The translations under genes were made by a program, and so were the position numbers. The notes beneath the pieces were generated by a model. It worked only from the letters and a program-made list of their open reading frames with translations, was not told the DNA's origin and did no database searches. 64,000 nucleotides of DNA. Source: Macrostomum lignano (taxonomy: Eukaryota). The stretch covers positions 477,199 to 541,198 of the forward strand of contig NIVC01000082.1 in assembly GCA_002269645.1 (NCBI GenBank). Reading direction: 5' to 3'. Shown here piece after piece: positions 58,140 through 64,000 of this stretch (position 1 is the first letter of the stretch; the number at the start of each line of letters is the position of its first letter).

Positions 58140-58480
58140 TACTCACTGCGCAACCCTCACCACCCCATTCCTTCTCTCTGTCCTGCGAACCCCCTCGCCA
58201 CCTCCCCATTCCTTCTCTGTCCTGCGCAACCCCACCTCCCAATTCCTTCCCTCTGTCCCGCGAACCCCTTCCGCCTCCTCCCCATTCCTTCTCTGTCCTG
58301 CGCAGCCCCACCTCCCAATTCCTTCCCTCTGTCCTGCGAACCCCCTCCCCACCTCCCAATTCCTTCCCTCTGTCCTGCGAACCTCTTCTCCCCCACCCCA
58401 TTCCTTCTCTCTGTCCTGCAAACCCGCTCTCCACCACCCCATTCCTTCTCTGTTCTGCAAACCTCCTCCACATTACCAAA
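58140..58480. repeat. ~41-bp C/T-rich minisatellite
   Basis: ccccattccttctctctgtcctgcgaacccc units. Confidence 0.9.
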
Positions 58481-59404
58481 TTTCTCTGTCGTGCGTACAA
58501 CCCCCCACCACCCATTATTTCTGTCTGTACACCCCACCCAAGGACAGCTTAAGACGACTGGTATCCTTAAAGCGTCCTTGCAACCCACCAACCATATTGC
58601 TTTCCCAGCAATATTCAGACCCAAAAATCGTTCTTTTTTGGCTTAAGTCGTCAATACGGAACACAATTAGTGACCTGCAGAGAGTCCCAGCACGTGCCAG
58701 CATTCGTGACGATTGACATTGAAATTGCATGGCGATTAATAAAAATGGTCACAGACAGGCCTCACAATACATCAATTAAAGAGACACGCCTATTTCGTGT
58801 GATTCCGATTTTGCTTAGATTAATACTTCCCTCACCTGACCAACAGCCAATTAGTCAGAAAAATCTGGCCGCCCCTGCCAATCGAAGGGAAATTAAAAAT
58901 CTAAAAGTATAGGGTATTCGAAAATCAGTAGGTAAATGCATCGAATGAAAGTACAAAATGGAGCACCGAATTGTCTCATTTTCTAGCAAGTTTTAGCGCT
59001 GTATGGGGGGGGCTTTACTTTTCGAGCCAGGCTGGGACAGGGAAATTTTCAAGTGGCGCACCCAAACCAATTTCGATAGCTCGAACTGCTTAGAAGTCTC
59101 TCTCTCTCGCTCTCTCTCTCTCTCGCTCTCACTGAAATCGATTCCATCTCCTGGACGCTTGCGCGAGCAAATCTGTAATGGAACTCTGCTTTTTCAGAAA
59201 AGAAAGTTGCTCTCAGCTGCTTTCCGCGCCGTTATTTCCTAGTCTTCATTTAGTTTCAAGCCGATGAAATGCTGAAACTTTCTAAATCGAACTTTTTTAT
59301 CTTTAGTGATGGACCCCCCCCTCTCTCCCTTTCTCAATAATCCCTGACTGTTACTGCATGACTTTAGAAAATAGTTATTTGGAATTGCATACTTTGTATG
59401 ATGC

Positions 59405-60366
59405 AGACAGGAGAGGCAGAGATACGACAGGAGAGGCAGAGATACAGACAGGAGAGGGAGAGATACAGAAATTATAGGGAGAGATACAGACATTAGAGGA
59501 GAGATACGAGCTACAGACATTAGAGGAGAGATACAGACAGGAGAGGCAGAGATACAGACAGGAGAGGGAGAGATACAGACAGGAGAGGGAGAGATACAGA
59601 CAGGAGAGGGAGAGATACAGACAGGAGAGGGAGAGATACAGAAATTATAGGGAGAGATACAGACATTAGAGGAGAGATACGAGCTACAGACATTAGAGGA
59701 GAGATACAGACATTAGAGGAAGAGATACAGACAGGAGAGGGAGAGATACAAACAGGAGAGGGAGAGATACAGACATTAGAGGGAGAGATACAGACATTAG
59801 AGGAAGAGATACAGACAGGAGAGGGAGAGATACAAACAGGAGAGGGAGAGATACAGACAGGAGAGGGAGAGAGAGAGGGAGAGATACAGACAGGAGAGGG
59901 AGAGACACAGACAGGAGAGGGAGAGATACAAACAGGAGAGGGAGAGATACAGACAGGAGAGGGAGAGGGAGAGGGAGAGGGAGAGGGAGAGATACAGACA
60001 GGAGAGGAGAGATACAAACAGGAGAGGGAGAGATACAGACAGGAGAGGGAGAGATACAAACAGGAGAGGGAGAGATACAGACAGGAGAGGGAGAGATACA
60101 AACAGGAGAGGGAGAGATACAGACAGGAGAGGGAGAGGGAGAGGGAGAGATACAGACAGGAGAGGGAGAGATACAGACAGGAGAGGGAGAGATACAGACA
60201 GGAGAGGCAGAGATACAGACAGGAGAGGGAGAGATACAGACAGGAGAGGGAGAGATACAGACAGGAGAGGAGAGATACAGACAGGAGAGGAAGAGATACA
60301 GACAGGAGAGGGAGAGATACAGACAGGAGAGGAAGAGATACAGACAGGAGAGGGAGAGATACAGAC
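59405..60366. repeat. 21-bp purine-rich minisatellite (gagagggagagatacagacag)
   Basis: Directly visible. Confidence 0.96.
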
Positions 60367-60869
60367 TAAAAAGAAGACACAATGCGGTGCAAGACAGTTG
60401 GCGCAGAGACGGATGACTGCAGCCCTCTTAGACAGTGTTGGCTGCCGCTGACAGCGAAGGGTCAGCATTCGGGCTTCCTCATTGAGTCAGCGCAGGAGTG
60501 AGGGGCATTAATTACGGTTTCACGGTTTCATAATTAATACAGCGGTCGAGCCCTTCACGGCCGACATAAACTCAATTAGCTACTTCTGTGACGGCGGACG
60601 CTTACCCATTCTCCTCACAAGACTTTGGGGCTTTTTATCCCATTTCCTTTGGTCGGACATCCTTACGGCGTTGAGGCAAAAAGGAATAGCAAAAGATGCA
60701 AGATCGCTTTTATTTTGCTTTCAGAGTTGCTCTATTAGTCCTGAAATAGGTCGCACTTCTTCGACTGGTAATTATTAATCCGGTTTGCTCTTTTGCGAAT
60801 TAGCAGCGCCTTAATTGATTTATTTTATTTTACACCAATTCTCTTTCTTCTTTACTTTCCCACTGCAGT

Positions 60870-61515
60870 CCCGCCTCATATCTCCCTCTGTGCTCTCCCT
60901 GAGGTTCCATCTGTCTCCTTCTGTGCTCTCCCTGAGGTTCCACCTGTCTCCCTCTGTGCTCTCCCTGAGGTTCCATCTGTCTCCTTCTGTGCTCTCCCTG
61001 AGGTTCCATCTGTCTCCTTCTGTGCTCTCCCTGAGGTTCCATCTGTCTCCTTCTGTGCTCTCCCTGAGGTTCCATCTGTCTCCTTCTGTGCTCTCCCTGA
61101 GGTTCCATCTGTCTCCTTCTGTACTCTCCCTGAGGTTCCACCTGTCTCCCTCTGTGCTCTCCCTGAGGTTCCATCTGTCTCCTTCTGTGCTCTCCCTGAG
61201 GTTCCATCTGTCTCCTTCTGTACTCTCCCTGAGGTTCCACCTGTCTCCCTCTGTGCTCTCCCTGAAGTTCTACCTGTCTCCCTCTGTGCTCTCCCTGAGG
61301 TTCCACCTGTCTCCCTCTGTGCTCTCCCTGAGGTTCCATCTGTCTCCTTCTGTGCTCTCCCTGAGGTTCCATCTGTCTCCTTCTGTGCTCTCCCTGAGGT
61401 TCCACTTGTCTCCTTCTGTACTCTCCCTGAGGTTCCACTTGTCTCTTTCTGTACTCTCCCTGAGGTTCCACCTGTCTCCTTCTGTACTCTCCCTGAGGTT
61501 TCACCTGTCTCCTTC
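60870..61515. repeat. 33-bp minisatellite (ccatctgtctccttctgtgctctccctgaggtt)
   Basis: About 19 units. Confidence 0.97.
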
Positions 61516-61967
61516 ACTCGCTCCCTATATACCCTTCCCTTCGATGTATCTGCTTCTCAAGATGTCTCATTTGTTTGTCGACTTATTTTTCCGTTGAATA
61601 TTCTATCTACCTCGAAAAATTCCAAAATAATAATTTCCTGAAGCCAGTCAGTGTGCGCGGGACTCGAAGCTCAGATGCTGGCGGTCGATTTCACAATCAC
61701 AAAGAATGCTTTTTGATTTGCTTTTTGATTAATTTGCCTATCTAGAATTTTATGGTTATGGCATAATGAGAATTCTTTCTTATTGACAAATCAACCGCGA
61801 TGTATTTTAATTGCGGCAGCGGAACGAAGAGATTATGGGTTGGACTATTTAGCTCGTGAGATTCCCAATATCTGTTCGATCCGGCGAATGCCGGCTAAAT
61901 TATTATGCTACGGAGTTTCTTAGAAAATCACAAAATTCTTAGGTGACCTACGTTGGTGAGGAGGGTG

Positions 61968-62300
61968 AGGGAGAAGGGAGTGAGGGAGACAGAGGTGAGT
62001 GAGGGAGACAGAAGTGAGTGAGGGAGACAGAGGTGATCGAGTGAGGGAGACAGGTGATCGAGTGAGGGAGACAGAGGTGAGTGGGGAGACAGAGGTGAGT
62101 GAGGGAGACAGAGGTGAGTGAGGGAGACAGAGGTGAGTGAGGGAGACAGAGGTGAGTGAGGGAGACAGAGGTGAGTGAGGGAGACAGAGGTGAGTGAGGG
62201 AGACAGAGGTGAGTGAGGGAGACAGAGGTGAGTGAGGGAGACAAAAGTGAGTGAGGGAGACAGAGGTGAGTGACGGAGACAGAGGTGAGTGAGGAAGGCA
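61968..62300. repeat. 19-bp minisatellite (gagtgagggagacagaggt)
   Basis: Directly visible. Confidence 0.95.
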
Positions 62301-62779
62301 GAAGGTAGAGCTGCATTGTACAGTTTGATGAAGTGAGTAGAGATGCTGGTATAAGAAGAGAAGCGAGTGCTTCTCCTTCCCCAAAATGAAGAGAATATCG
62401 TATATTTATTAAAGCTGCATTTAATTTGCAAACACTATGCAAAAAGAATAATGGATTTGTCATTCTGGAATAGTACAAGTCATTGGGATGATGCCATAAT
62501 TGAAGGAAAATCTCATAGGGGATGAGGTATTGGAGGAAAAGCACTCAATACCTCATCCCCTCAGTCAATCAGTTGCGCCTGATCCTCGAGAACGCGCCCT
62601 CACTGTTTTATGCTATTACTTTTCTTGCAGCTGGCAGGAATAAATAACGAGGGCCTGTTGCGGAGCCAAAATTCTAGTCTGATATTTCGCGTCACAAAGG
62701 ATTCTAATTTTAAAACCTATGCAGTCTGCAAAAATCTGCTTGGAGAGGACACGCCAACGTTTTTAACGTATTTCAAAAT

Positions 62780-63390
62780 CATAATTCAACATGCTCCCTT
62801 TTGTCTCCCTCACTCTCTCCCTCACTCTCTCCGTCACTCCCTTCTGTCTCCCTCACTCTCTCCCTCACTGTCTCCGTTACTCCCTTCTGTCTCCCTCACT
62901 CTCTCCCTCACTCTCTCCCTCACTCTCTCCCTCACTCTCTCCCTCACTCTCTCCCTCACTCTCTCCGTTACTCCCTTCTGTCTCCCTCACTCTCTCCCTC
63001 ACTCTCTCCTCACTCTCTCCGTTACTCCCTTCTGTCTCCCTCACTCTCTCCCTCACTCTCTCCCTCACTGTCTCCGTTACTCCCTTCTGTCTCCCTCACT
63101 CTCTCCCTCACTGTCTCCGTCACTCTCTCCGTTACTCCCTTCTGTCTCCCTCACTCTCTCCGTTACTCCCTTCTGTCTCCCTCACTCTCTCCGTTACTCC
63201 CTTCTGTCTCCCTCACTCTCTCCGTACTCCCTTCTGTCTCCCTCACTCTCTCCCTTAATCACTTCCGTCTCCCTCACTCACTTCTGTCTCCCTCACTCAC
63301 TTATATCTCCCTCACTCACTTCTATCTCCCTCACTCACTTTTATCTCCCTCACTCACTTCTATCTCCCTCACTCTCACTCAATGCCTCTC
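62780..63390. repeat. Compound CT-rich minisatellite ending in 19-bp units
   Basis: cctcactctctccgttactcccttctgtctc units, then cttctatctccctcactca units. Confidence 0.93.
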
Positions 63391-64000
63391 TCTACCGCAT
63401 TCACACCCATGACGGCCAACTCTTCCAAGGTGTGAAATTGTTGAGACTCAGGCCCCTTATACACTTTGTTTTTTAGCATGTGTCTGCGTAAAAACTCAAA
63501 TAAATAAGCCATATCTATATGACTGCCGATATGTATCGAAAAATAACTTTCCACATTGCTAAAACAAACTACGAAATAAGAAAAAGTTTGATAAGCCGGA
63601 TTTGAGAGGGAAAAGTGCTAAGGAATTAACTCTATCTAGGAAAGTGTTCAGCCAGTGCAGAAGTTGACTCTCTTTATTGTGTGTACTAAGATAATTTGAA
63701 GGCATAAGTCTGTCACCTGTCAATTATTTAATAGGTGATTGCGTGACTGGGGCAAACAGGGGCTCCTACTAAGCCACTAAGACGCTAAGCCACAAACACA
63801 GACTTCGGCTTCCAATCTGGCCGACTAATTAGGGATGACATTTTCGATCAAATGAAGCACACTATGTATCTGTCGGTTGTTTCACATTTCTCTACAAATT
63901 CCGCTATTATTTTCCTTATATTCCTACTCCTACTAAGTAAGTAGTATGATTCATACATATTTTTCATTTTAGGCCTTACTGCGACCAGCAGCAGCAGCAG

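Noticed and set aside
59239-63476. Many long repetitive ORFs
   Set aside because: All coincide with tandem arrays lacking stops by composition.

Overview
Eukaryotic (metazoan) genomic DNA. GC-rich exons, introns stuffed with private minisatellites and tightly packed co-oriented genes suggest a free-living flatworm such as Macrostomum, but that assignment is an inference from style only. Host genes: rolling-stone-family membrane protein (+), RINGv/MARCH-like ligase (+), frameshifted DEG/ENaC channel (-), an unknown small membrane protein (+), LACTB2 (-), a TTC4-PTPMT1-PIGZ cluster (+) and the first exons of a Q-rich gene running off the right end. Between them lie a decayed full-length RTE-type LINE plus two fragments, several LTRs (one with a clear tRNA-Leu PBS), Tc1/mariner, hAT, Mutator-like and foldback elements, a tRNA-derived SINE, and about 25 tandem arrays. 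Two patterns stand out. (1) Three genes (MARCH-like, TTC4, PIGZ) have no in-frame ATG of their own and begin in phase 0 at a splice acceptor, as expected if the AUG-ending flatworm spliced leader donates the start codon, possibly within operons. (2) Neighbouring tandem arrays repeatedly share both period and core motif, suggesting local seeding of minisatellites. Five single-base indels in ENaC and PIGZ mean assembly error or paralog decay must be excluded for any frame-based claim. Exon coordinates were worked out by hand and repeat boundaries are approximate.
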